A program made the translations under genes and the position numbers. A stretch of 64,000 nt of DNA, taken from the NCBI GenBank assembly GCA_024679065.1, contig JAGIQG010000048.1:124001-188000 (forward strand), in the 5' to 3' direction. Source of the DNA: Sphyrna mokarran (taxonomy: Eukaryota). The notes beneath the pieces were generated by a model. The model was not told the origin of the DNA and made no database searches. It worked only from the letters and a program-made list of their open reading frames with translations. Shown piece by piece: positions 21,966 through 34,450 of this stretch; within the stretch, counting starts at the first letter, position 1; every line of letters starts with the position of its first letter.

Positions 21966-24900
21966 ATCTCTATCTGGCTGATTCAGTCTGGAAAAGCACC
22001 CTCACTACACACACACTCACCCAGTAAGTGGGGTTGTCAAGCGAGCACAGTATGGATTGCGGGGCAAGAGTTGGAAAAACATTTACCAGTCACGATTGAA
22101 TACATTCCTCTCTTCTCAAGGGGATAAACTTGTAAAATCCTCAAGAAATTTGACACAATCCAGGGTAAAGCCACCCACAAGTTTACCCGCTCCCCGCCCA
22201 GCCCTCATTCATCCTATTTGCTCTCTCCATCACTAACAAGCAGGGCGTATTATACACAACATGCACTGCAGCAACTCACCAAGATTCCATACAATACACT
22301 GTCTAAACCCGCTGCCTTTACGTCCCAATAGGATCAGGGCAGCAGCTACATATGAACACTACTACCTGCAAACTCCCCTCCATAACACACCATCCTGAGT
22401 TGGGACAAGATCTCAGTTCCTTCACAATCACTGGGGCAAAATCCTGGAACTTCCTGTCTAACAGCAGGGCGGATGCCTGCGACATATGGACTGCAGTTAT
22501 TCAAGGATGCTCCACTTTGTGAAGGAAAAATTAGGGAAGGTTAAAAATTCTGGCCGAGCAAATGGCTCGAAAATGCCTTTAGAAGGTTAAAAATAAGATA
22601 CAAATGAATTTGACCCTTCAACTATCCCTAAACAGTTCAGGGACTGCTGTAGTACTGAGCACAACATAGGAAATCTCACTTTCAACTTAGTCATCGAACA
22701 TTCCCAAGGCTGGTACACTACTGCTTAAAAATCATCCAATTCTCCCTCTACAATCTGAAGTTTCTGCTCCCTCTGACGATCACAATATGCTTCAGGGATC
22801 TAATTTCTGACTTGCCGAGTCTAGCAGGCACATTTCTCACAAATACAAGTCTATTGAAGAAATAAATAGAATCTCACTTCCTGAAATACAGCAGAAGGAA
22901 CCAGAAGATTTAACCAGTCAGACACATTCCTGGTCCCAACACAGTGACCCAAGCTCAGAGAAACAGAACAAACACCAACGGTTCAGAGAGATCTCTTCAA
23001 TCTGTAAATTCCATTCAAACTGTTGGATTCGAATTGATCAATAGTCAACTTACAACAACTGAAAATCATTAACCTATTTTAAATTAAACTGATATTCATT
23101 TCAGAACTCCTCTCGACCTTTAATTATTTCTCTCTGCCTGTGTCACTTCTCAAAAACTTCATGTAAAAATGTAATTTTGCTGAAAATGAGCCAAAATAAC
23201 AGATTCAACTCAGTTCAATGTCCCCCAACACAGTAAGAATTAAACAAACAGGAAAACATTTACATTACATTAAGAAATTAGATCCAATCAACAAATTAAT
23301 CAAGGCAAAACACTATCAAGCCAAGCAAAGAAATGGTTTGTTTTTGAATTCATTTTGGTACAATTAAATATTCTCTAAAACTGATGATATTTTGCACGCT
23401 AGTGCAATATTCAAGGTCTTTTGTTTTGAATTAATCAGCATCAATATTACATTTTAAGTTATCATTAATTGTCAATTAGTTTTCCTGCCAGCTGTTTTGT
23501 ACTCTGTAATAAAATGAGTTTTCAATCATTCAAAAACCTGCTTCTGCCCCCAACATTGTTAAATAATTAGGTTACATGAAATTATAGTTGAAAATTGAGA
23601 TTTAAAATTACTGAACAGAAACATTCATTTACTTAAATCTAATCACATTGAAAATGGAATATTACACTTTTACTAGATATGTCTTAAAGGTGTTAAAAAC
23701 ACATACTTCTGAGTTTATATAGACTGTAACAGTCTGGCCGTTTGAAATCAATAATACTGCTTCCCAGATTTAATAATTTAGACCATCCATATAGTTCTGT
23801 TATGTTATATGGATGGTCTAAATTATTAAGTCGAGGAACACATTAATTAAAGAGGATCTGAATTAAATATTGCAAACACAAAGAGAGCAACTGATTCAAA
23901 TCCTCTAATGCTAAAAACACGATGCAGAATATAAGTCTGGACCTTTTTTCATTATAATATTTAATAAGAATTAAACATAAGCTTCAGTTAGTATGAATTC
24001 TTCCATTCTGTCATTTATTCTTGCTGTAATTCTATTTTGTGTTTAGCATTAATGGGAGACTTGTTAAGTGCAGAGCTAATATTATTTTTATGATATTTAT
24101 CATACTATTTTTATATAAAATCATCTTCTTGAATTTCAAGCATTTAATTGTCACTGTAGCCAGTTTCTGTTGACATTTTACTACAATTCAAACACAATCA
24201 TGTAACAAATTTGCTTGTGTCAGCGAATTCCGTCTGTCAGAAAACTGTTCAGTCTGTCAATTTTTTATTAACTGTTTGATTCTACCTGATCAAAAGGTCA
24301 AATTGCAACAAAGAAAAAAATCATCAATAAACATTTTAAATTAACCCAATGTTCTTTTTAAAATTCCCTTTGCCTTTCAACTCTCTCCCCGACTGTCTCA
24401 AATCCCCAAAACTGGGCAATTTTTTTCCTCGAAAATGAGCACTTCAACTGTAATAGATTCAGGGTAGTGTAATGTCCCTAACAGAGATACAGTGAATTGT
24501 AATTCATGTTTTAGTTTAATATGTAAGCATCAGTTAACATGAATAAAATGCCCTAACATATTTATTTTCCAATACTTTTCTGCTTTTTCCCCTACAAGAA
24601 TATTCAAACGCAATTTTATTTTCATTTAGTCCGAAGTGCTCAGTGAGTTGATACAATGCAAAAACAATTGAGGGACGCCAAACCAATTCACAAATTGAGA
24701 TGAGATAAGCAATTAATTATCTCGGTATCTAATTAAAAAATACCGAGAACGAATCGTCTGGCTGCAATTGCATAGAAAACATTATAATCGGATACAAAAT
24801 TTTCCAAAAAGGAAATTATTCTGCAAAACTCGTATTCCAGTGAATGCGAATTTAATCTGGGATATAACCATTAATGCAAAGTATCTTGTTCAACTGAGCG

Positions 24901-26585
24901 CTGCTGTGAAAACAGCGTGTTATCATTCAAATAGCTTCTGGAATTGTCCCAAAATATTTCCTGTCTGGAAAATGCTCTGATCATGTTAATTGCATGAACA
25001 CAGCAAAGCTATTAAAGGGGATTCTTGCTAACTCAATGTAAAATAATCTGTGATGAATATGGAGTTATATTACCAATTAATGATTCTCTGATTTATATTA
25101 ATTTTACTATTAAACTTGTTAATGAAAAGTTGGTATTTGCAGCAACGATTTAGTCTCCGAATGAGCGAATAAGTCACGATTTACTTGAATTTGTTAAAAT
25201 TTATAAAAACGCTGTGATATCTTCCAGGTTTTTTCCCCCAAACTTGCTTGTTTTCTCCCGACAGGGATTTTCAAACTCAAAGATTGTTTGTGTTCAACCA
25301 GAAAACATCTAAGCTCTCAACGGCACCGTTAAAACACTATTTAAACAACGCAGCAGCAATAGTGCCACAAAACTAAACCATTTCACACATTTTAAACATT
25401 CACAGTGACCCACCCACAGAATCTCCTCCACAGAAACACAACAAAACACAATGAATCCGTCTCATAGAAAAGCAGCCCAATTATCTATTCAACACAATCA
25501 AATGTAACATTGCAAAATAAAAATCTCAATATCGAATCTAGCAAACCAGCTCTTAAACAATTATTAAATCAAACAGAAATCTGGAATAATAGCAATAGCA
25601 TTGCGAGAATATACCCAACAAATTAGTATGGAAATTTTATCACATTTTATTCCTATTGGGTCATATTTCAAACATATTTAAACATTTGGATGGTAAAAGT
25701 TCCAGCCATCAAATGCCACCGAGATTAAACATTGCAGATACCCCCAACTGTGACAAACTATGTTCTGAACGAGTGGTGTAAGCCATTATCACTAAAGATT
25801 TTTAAAACTAGGCATACAATAAAGCCTGCTTCATTTCTGTCTGCAGTTCTGCGTCAAGCAGTGGCAAACAGCAGTATGTTTGTACTCAATCACAAAACGT
25901 GTCACAATTCAGTCTCACTGAGTTCAAACGACGCAGAAACACCAAATTAAGTCACAATTTTTACGTCTTTAAAGTCACTCAGGCACAAACTCACCACTGA
26001 GAGACTGAACCCCGCTTCATGCAGAAGCAGCACAGTTCTGCAAACACTTCCAGCAGAAAGAAATGTAACATTTACAGAAATGTTTACTGTAAATTCCAGC
26101 CAATTCGCCCACCACCAACCTAATCAATGTTTCCAATAAGCAGAAATATTGGACAGCATTGAGAGAGAGGGGAACATTTTCACTGGATCAATTTAGAAAT
26201 GAGATTTTGTTTTTCAGTTTAGGTTTAAATTTCAAACACTTGTACAACCCGTAGCCACCAGATGTCACCAAGATTAAACATTGCAGAAACGCTGAATTGT
26301 TTAACAGATGTTCGGCTTGTAAAGTCACCCAGCCACACAGTAACCTCAACAGACAAACACAAAATCACAACAATTTGGGATTGAAGCCCTCAGCAGCACC
26401 CACTGTCAAGGAAGAGCGGAATTCTAAACCCCCTTTGCAGCAGAATCATAGAAAACATTGTAAAAATTCTCAACGGAGAATCCACCGAACGCATATTTAT
26501 GTTACCAAATGGATTATTAGTACAGATAAAAATTATAAAACAAAGACACATTTAAACCAGTTATTCAGTAAGTGATGGTTCTTAC

Positions 26586-26633
26586 CTGAAGTCACCGTCA
26601 CCATGGTCCCTTGTCCCCAGTAATCGAAGTAGT
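26586..26633 (-). CDS. IGHJ: JH segment
   Basis: YFDYWGQGTMVTVTS G|GTAAG; WGxG motif. Confidence 0.98.
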
Positions 26634-26672
26634 CACAGTGTCACATTCCCTGGGCTGTGTCATACAATAACC
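26634..26672 (+). promoter_or_regulatory. JH 23-RSS
   Basis: CACAGTG-23 nt-ACAATAACC. Confidence 0.95.
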
Positions 26673-27000
26673 GTCCCTGCACTAAATAGACACGCAAGCA
26701 CCATTATTTTAAATATCCACAAACCCAAGGAAAAACAAAGTCATTTAATGTTCAGTAAATTATAATTTGGGATTTCTGGATACCATTTGATATTTATAAA
26801 TGACCCTAATGTTTTATATTTCACAGAGTAATTCATGAACGTGTTATCGAAAACGCCAATTAATTATTGAGTAATTATCAAGATTTTCCATGTTTATTTT
26901 TCTCAGGTGGTCTGTGCTGGATATAAATAATACTGTCCTGTGATTAAAGCTGGAATTTAAAAGTGACACTGATCCAGCTTCAATCAAATCAGTGCTGAGG

Positions 27001-27028
27001 GGTTTTTGTATTGACAGTAACTGCTGTG
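27001..27028 (-). promoter_or_regulatory. D2 3' 12-RSS
   Basis: CACAGCA-12 nt-ACAAAAACC. Confidence 0.93.
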
Positions 27029-27041
27029 CTATACCAGCCAT
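27029..27041 (-). CDS. IGHD: DH2 segment (ATGGCTGGTATAG)
   Basis: 13 nt between two 12-spacer RSS. Confidence 0.93.
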
Positions 27042-27069
27042 CACAGTGAGACACAGCATGACAAATACT
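27042..27069 (+). promoter_or_regulatory. D2 5' 12-RSS
   Basis: CACAGTG-12 nt-ACAAATACT. Confidence 0.93.
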
Positions 27070-27361
27070 GAGACAGACTGTTCACTGTAAAATGCAGATA
27101 ATTAATTTCGCTGCAATTTCAAAAGCCTGTTTCCAGCTCGGTAAGAGTGAGATATTTCAATTTTTACTGGTCATGATATTGATAAAGGGGAATTAGAAAC
27201 TTTTACACTATCTGTGCACATTCAGCGTGCAAAACAATAACAATAAGATTGAAGCATTTTACATCTCAAAACAAAAAACAATGCTGTTTCTACCTATTAT
27301 TTTGTTGAACCCTCATTTAGTCTGGCATTCGGCAGTGGCATTGTAAGCAATGTCCTTCTGA

Positions 27362-27399
27362 GGTTTTTGTATGAGGATGTCGTTTTTCACAGCACAGTG
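27362..27399 (-). promoter_or_regulatory. D1 3' 22-RSS
   Basis: CACTGTG-22 nt-ACAAAAACC. Confidence 0.93.
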
Positions 27400-27416
27400 A
27401 CCCACTGCTATAGTAT
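27400..27416 (-). CDS. IGHD: DH1 segment (ATACTATAGCAGTGGGT)
   Basis: 17 nt between 12- and 22-spacer RSS; frames YYSSG / TIAVG / stop. Confidence 0.93.
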
Positions 27417-27444
27417 CACAGTGACACACAGCCATACAAAAACT
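27417..27444 (+). promoter_or_regulatory. D1 5' 12-RSS
   Basis: CACAGTG-12 nt-ACAAAAACT. Confidence 0.93.
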
Positions 27445-27770
27445 GCATTCAGTCCTACTGTTCAATATTCACTTCAAATGGACCATTAGTTTTGGTCTAA
27501 TGCGAAATGTTTCTATAACACAGTCTGTCAGAAATATTAAGAAGACTAACATATTGGAGTGTCGTTCCTGCTGACACTCCAATGAATATAAAGTCGGTGA
27601 AAAGCTCAGCAGTGATATCCGTGAGTTTGTGAAGTTTTACTGTGAAATGTTTTGTGTTACTTTATTTAAAGGCGATTATAGTTTGGTTCTGACCACAGTC
27701 GATCATATTGCATTTGAAGCAGACGCTGACCTTCAGGTTACGGAGGAAGATGCTGAATTCCCTCTGCAGT

Positions 27771-27809
27771 TGTCCTTGTACAGTTCCAGCCCTGGTTCCT
27801 CTCGCTGTG
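27771..27809 (-). promoter_or_regulatory. VH 23-RSS
   Basis: CACAGCG-23 nt-ACAAGGACA. Confidence 0.92.
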
Positions 27810-28114
27810 GTCTCCTGCACAGTAATAGATGGCGGTGTCTTCAATACTTAGACGCGTCATCTCCAAAGAGAAGATGTTGTTTGAAGTGTCTTTGGACGCC
27901 GTAAATCGGCCCTGAATTCCGGGGGCGTAATAGTTGTTGGATGAAGTATAGTAGCTAACCAGCCACTCCAGTCCCTGTCCGGGAACCTGCCGGATCCAAG
28001 CCATGGTATAGTCGCCAAGGTTAAAGCCGCTGGTTTTACAGGTCAGTTTCAGGGAGGCTTCGGGACGGCCGGTCTCTGCCTCTTTCTGGGTCAACACAAC
28101 CTCCGACTGGACAC
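27810..28114 (-). CDS. IGHV: VH exon (unrearranged)
   Basis: TTACAG|[71 protein letters not shown]; both Cys and the Trp intact, no stops. Confidence 0.98.
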
Positions 28115-28239
28115 CTGTAAATAAAAAATCAAAAATTCTAAGGGTTAATCCTGGTGGAATGATTCTGGAGCATTCCAGAGATAGACTAACATTGAGACAG
28201 TAAAATGAGAGTCTTGGACAATGAAAATAAACTACTCAC

Positions 28240-28285
28240 CGGATAAGAAAGTCAGCAACAAACTGAGACAAATCGCCGACCTCAT
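28240..28285 (-). CDS. IGHV: VH leader exon
   Basis: ATG..MRSAICLSLLLTFLS G|GTGAGT; 125-nt intron to the V exon, in frame. Confidence 0.95.
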
Positions 28286-28374
28286 CTTTCTGGTGATTTG
28301 GGGGAAATGGTTGTGTCAGGAACTCAGTGAACAAACCAGCTCCCGGGCTGTTGGATTGCGGTGCTGGTGAGCGG

Positions 28375-28384
28375 TATTTAAATA
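28375..28384 (-). promoter_or_regulatory. VH promoter TATA box
   Basis: TATTTAAATA ~90 nt upstream of the ATG in a GC-rich patch. Confidence 0.7.
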
Positions 28385-29292
28385 GCCGGTAGAAGGGGAC
28401 GGCTTTCCGGGCACCGCCTGTTGATTCCCTGCTGGAGGCGGCGCCTGGATCCACCTTCCACACCCCCAGATAGAATGGACTCCCCAGATTGACAAGAATT
28501 CATACTCAAATGGACATTTGATCTGTGTCGGGCTATTTGTTTGGCTGAATCTGTTCATGGATTATTCCTGATGGTGATATTACAATTCATCATTTATTTA
28601 TTAAAATGACCAATTCCGTTGTAAATACGGTGATTTTATTACCCCGCCCACAACAAGAAAACAAATCGAAAAATGATGGAATCACATTTGGGGAAATTAG
28701 ACAATTTTGCAACAATTCCGTGTCTCTGCCACATTGGGATAATAAAACACAATTTATCCGAAGAAATAACGTCGATTTCTGGAACTAAATGTGTGGAATA
28801 TACAAAGTGATTGTATTTCCAGTGTGGATTCAGGTTTGAAGATGAGAAACAGCTCACACAGTACTTTTCCTTGTATTTTTTTTCAAACTGTCCCAATCTG
28901 GAAGACAGCCCTCTGAAAATAATATGAATTCCTGAGAATTATATAATTAATTGACAGAGAAACATAACATTAAATTGAGTTTTGACTGAGAAGTGAATGA
29001 ATTGGAATGCACACGAAGATCATTAAAGTTCTCCTTCAGCATCCAAATCATTGCAGCTCATTCTATTGGCCACCGGCTGTCCAACATTCGCTGGTATCAG
29101 GAACACACATTGTACATTGCACAATGTCACAAGAATAAATGTTTTACCTTCCATTCAAGCAGCTTATGAAATGATCATTTCTCCACTCATTGGCAACTAC
29201 GAGAGGAACTCTTTAATAACAGAAATCAGCTTATACTGTACAATAAAACACGGTGCAAATCAGCTACAGGAGATGCTGCTGTTTTAATAGGG

Positions 29293-29502
29293 GTCATGAT
29301 GTAAAGATGCCGGCGTTGGATTGGGGTAGTAAGAACTCAGTAAGAATTTAGCAACACCAATTATTAATCCAACCGATTTATTTGATACTAAATCCGCGAG
29401 TTTTCAACACTCGTGTGTCTTCCTCAGGCAAGTACAGTGTTCTGGATTTACTATCAAATAAATCGGTTGGATTAATAATTGGTGTTGCTAAATTCTTACT
29501 GA
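29293..29502 (-). mobile_element. miniature Penelope-like insertion with inverted terminal segment and hammerhead core
   Basis: 12-bp direct repeat GTTTTAATAGGG (29281-29292, 29503-29514); 62-bp inverted arms; minus-strand CTGAGGA-AGACACACGAGTGTT-GAAA; end CCAACGCCGGCATCTTTACATCA resembles 18420-18532. Confidence 0.75.
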
Positions 29503-29699
29503 GTTTTAATAGGGTGCAGAACTTTCACAATATTACAGGAATCGCCGTTGTTCATGTCAGTTTTATGTTGCTGGTTTAATATTTCAATTCACTGGGGAAC
29601 TGTTACCATCAACATCTCTCTCTCTCTCATTTCATGATGTGGTTAATACACATTAATTAATAGAATGAAATTTACTTGGAAACTATACAATTGGAAAAA

Positions 29700-32600
29700 A
29701 AAGGTGACTTTATTGTTTTGTAATACTATTTACTCACATAACGAACAGGGCATTGAATGAAAATGCTTGATTAGAATGATTACCATTTTCTTGAGGGAAT
29801 GAAACATTTATTATTAAAATGCCTGAATCCGTTTTTGTCCATTCAGGTTCACGCTAATCTGTGCCACGCAGTATTTGGCAGCAATCCAGGCTGCTTTCAG
29901 ATACTCAGTTATTGACAGGAAGCATCTGGGAGTGTTTGTGCAGTAGATCAAAGATCTGTTTCCTCAGTACTGACCGCTTGGCTGCAAGTCAACTTGAAAC
30001 TCTTCACGTTGTCAGTGTGGACTATTTATAAACAAATCTACCCAGCAACAGTGCGGGGGGGGCACTTGAATTTTTGGAAGTTATAAATCGAGATGATGTG
30101 TTCCCATCTCTAAAGAAGGGATTAATATACACCTTCTTTGGCACCTTATTAATAACAGTGATGATTTATACATGAGGAGATTGTGATGGACGGATAGAAA
30201 GAATCACAGGCAGATGGAAAAGTGGCTCACAGAGAGCTTATATGTTGTTATATTTGAACATGCACATTTATATTTTATTTCCTTTTATCTTTCCCTGGGA
30301 TGTTTGGTTGGAAAGACCGACACTTTTTGCCTTTCCCAAATTCCCCTAAATTGATTGTTTTTCTGGGACACTTTCGAAGATATTAAAGAGTTAGTTATTT
30401 CAATTCATTCATTCTTCATTCAATTTGTGTCCGTCTAATGCTTTCACTCCTTCCAGAGTGTCTGGGTGAAATCCATCCCGAGTTTCTCGGGAGTTTGAAA
30501 GCTGATCCTCGCGAAGAGAAGGAGGAGATGGTCCTGGGGCTCAGATGGTTCATTTCTCTGCTGATGTTGAATCTTCGTATCCAAGACAGGAAGAAGGAGC
30601 ATCATGTAGTTGAGGAGGGATGATTGTACTGTACAAAATACTGACTCTTTCATCGAATCAATCAACATACCTTCACCCAAATTAGTGAAGGCAACAGGGC
30701 GAAAAGTAAATACGGCAACAACAGAAATATTTGTGAAACTCACTGGCCAACTACAGGTGTGACATTACTTCCCAAAACAGTGAAATAATGAATCGGAATT
30801 TAAAGATTTGGTAACTTCACATGAGGTACAGGTGACTCCATTTATATCATCACTTTGAAACCCACCCAGCTTTGTATCAGGACTTTCTGTGTGATGATGA
30901 GGTGCTGACTTGTCAATGAAGTGCAGAGGCTGCTGGTTCATTATCCTCCATCTGAATTAATTCCATTCCCCACTGAATTCTGGGACGGATTTTATTCCTT
31001 GGTGGCAAAAAAGCCAATATATTGTCTATAAGTTTTAATACCAATAAATGATACGAAGCAAACTGCAATTATACAGAAGGAAATACTGAAAAGGAACAGA
31101 AAATACTGGATTATCTCAGTAACATCTGTGGAGGCAGAACAGATCCTTTGTTTCAAATCTGGATGATACTTCGGCAGAGAATTCCTGATGCTTTGGAGAC
31201 ATAATCATTGTGTCAGAAAAGCCAGATAAATTTCCTGCGAGATGGGAATAACAGAAATAGTAGATACTATTTCAGACAAACACAAGCTGCATCAATTCAC
31301 AGAGTGATCCCAAATATCAGAACAAATTTCTTCATCCTAACCTAATCAACAACTCAATCACGAACGATATCCTTAAAAAAATCCTAATCCCTATCCACTC
31401 ACATCATTTCTCAATTTCATTACTCTCTTCAATTTCCTCCAAATAAAAAAAAATCTCACTGACTGGAAACTTTGGTTCTATTCTCTCTCCACAGATGCTA
31501 TCAGACCCGTTGAGATTTTCCAACATTCATTATTTTTGTTTGTGTTTCCAGAATCTGCAGTATTTTGCTTTGATCAAACTGATGAACATAATTGGTGATC
31601 TAATTGTATGAATTGATGATAACTGGAGAATTGGAACAACCTCGCTTATAAATTCCTCTCCAAGATACTCACAAGCCCCACTTGGACCAATCCTTTCCTA
31701 ACGCTGCCTCGGGATCTGGGGGGAATCCTCCCTAAGAGCACTGTCGGTGTACCTACACTGCAGGTTCTGCATTGAATAAGGCGGCTCCCCACCAGCTTGC
31801 CGAATGCAGCTGGCAATGGGGAATAAGTGGGGGCCTCGACAACATCGCCTTCCGACTTTAAAGTCATTTTAAATATACTCCTCTTTATGTATGAATGAGA
31901 GCTGATGAATGAAATGATTAAATTGCAAACAGATTGTAATTGGTGAAAAGAATTACTCTCTTTCTGAACTTTATTTTGACATTCTCCTTCTTTGCTCCAG
32001 GATCATTAATTACTCGGCGCTGTCTCAGTTCATGCTAAGAAGTTCCTATATCAGTAAAACTGTGTGTGTGAGACACTGTCTCAGTTTTATTTCCCTTGGC
32101 ATTGTCATTTTTCAATATGTTTCATTCACGGGATCTGGGTGTCATTGGGATTTGACATTTGACCACCCCCCGACTCGGCACTAACTCACTTCTATTTTCT
32201 TGTATCAGGCCCCCGTTTATATTAAAATAAGTCTGGCTCTGTTAATACTCTGCTGGACCAGAGCTCAGTTTACATTGCACACGGCATTCTCTCTGGTTAT
32301 GTATATTTGATACTGACCCTGTATTTCTCTCACTAGACGGGGTCAATTTTGTTCCTGCACTTAACTACGCCTCTCTTTGAATTATGTTGGTTTTACTCCA
32401 CTGTTTTGTGAGAAAAACAAATCATATGTTGGGATATAAAAGATTGCAATCAGGCAAGATGCAGAACCAGGCATATTGGTTCACCAGTATTTTATTGTGC
32501 TGTAATTTGCTTTTCTTTTGTTTTTCATTGACAGTGCACAAGACTTGATATCCATTTTCAATGCAGTCAGCAGAAGTAGATTTCAGATATCGCTTCTTCT

Positions 32601-34450
32601 TTTCCACTGTTCAAAACCTGATAGAGTTTGCATTTGTAGAAGGATGCAGAGATTTGTGTTCTGCCAGCTAGTTTCATCATTACTGCCCTTGACCAGTGCA
32701 ATAAAAACTGAGCCCATGTCCCAATGCAATAAAAACATGGAGACGGTCAATTACAGAAGTAAAACTGCATCTAGTTTGATACAAACAGAGACAGCTCTAA
32801 AATAATATAAACACAATTAACATCTAGTTTAATATAAACAGAAACATAAACCGGAACAGTGTCTAATTTAGTACAGATAATACATCCAATTTACTGTGTG
32901 TAGAGACTTAAAATTCTACGTGCGAGATAAAAAGGGTCTAGTGGATGTGGCTTATCATATAAGCTGACACAGGCTGCATTTACTGTAATATAAAGAGACT
33001 GGTTCAATCCCCATGAAATTTGTAGAGACAGTTGACTGTCCCACTGAAAACTTACAGGACAGGAGTAACACGGGGTTAGCTGCGGAATTTCCCCTCTGCT
33101 CTGGCAAATGAATAACTCCCAAAGCAGAATAGCATGATTTGGATGCAAAGTGAATCGCCTTCGATTCAAACATTCCAAGAACAGTCTACTGTCTATAAAC
33201 AGAGTGAAACTCCGTCTACAAATCTGTTCAAACAATATTAAGGCAGAAAGGGCATGGACGCTCTTCTATGTAAAAACTCTCCTGCTCTCTCCCTTCAGAG
33301 ATTCAGGAGGCAGGTTTCAATTAGCGTTAGGAATAGGGGAAAGAGCCACCTGCACAGTTCCACAAAACACACCCAGGCCAGGTACGGCAGAGATTAGATA
33401 CGGATTAAATCTTCCTTGACAAAGATGCATCAAACGTCCATAAGCCAAATACAATGAGTTGAGACGCAGAGTAAATATTCCTCGACTCTGTCAGGTCAAA
33501 TACTCCAAGGACAGGGACAGCACTGGCTAAATATAGGGAAAAGTTCCACATTGAATCCTTACCACCAGGTTAGACGCAGAAGAAAATGTATCAAGTATTT
33601 CAAGATCATAGATTTCTCAAGAGATCTGTTTGAGTAATTCTCAGTCACAGATTGCAATTTATTGAATTACATTATTTTAGAAGCCTGTAACTCTGGCTGA
33701 GAGAGGACATTGGGCTGACATGGACTTTATGCTGTGGAGTTAAGACAATGAACCATCTTGGAGAGACAGGACACAGACAGGAGAAAGACAGAGATAGAGA
33801 TGAAACACGGGGAGATTTACAGGAACACATTTGCTGTGTCATTACATTTAGGATCAGAGGGATTATTCCTTAATTCTGAACATTGATATCATCATGATGT
33901 TTTTTTCCTCACATAACTGATGAAGAAATAATGTTGAAAACAATCCTCACTGGAATCCGTTGATTGATTTGCATGGTTGTCTCTATTTCTGGGCTGTGTT
34001 GGTGGGGAAATATTTGCTGTGTTTTTATCAGTCAACAATCTAATTCGGAATTTCTATTTTCGTATTTATTTACATAAATACCTCAGTGTTTACAATGAAA
34101 TGTCCGGGACAACAAAACCAGATAAACCCTCACTTATTGATCAGTTTCAATTCAAAATTGTGGTTTATTTTAAGAATTTTAACGGTTGGTTCAAAATGAA
34201 TCGAAACTTTTTGAACATTTATAACACCAGTTGCATTTAATTCAAAGAAAATGATACATTCCATTTCAGAATTAGTTCTGAAAGTTCTGATATCACAATA
34301 AAGCATTTGTGAACAGCCAGATATTCCACTAAATGTTAATTTGATTGAGGATTTGATCTGTTTAAATTAGACAAGTTAAATTTTAAAAAAATCTGATGTC
34401 TGAAGTATTTCTGTCACAAATATTGATCAAACTCACGTGAAGGAAGAGTA
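29700..34450. repeat. old segmental duplication, unit A
   Basis: Collinear diverged blocks shared with 35700-42750 (see findings). Confidence 0.75.

Noticed and set aside
13748-28285. IgNAR, IgW or germline-joined IgM (IgM1gj) identity
   Set aside because: Four mu-type C exons including Cmu2, a mu tailpiece, a conventional VH with CDR2, and V, D, D, J separated by intact RSS
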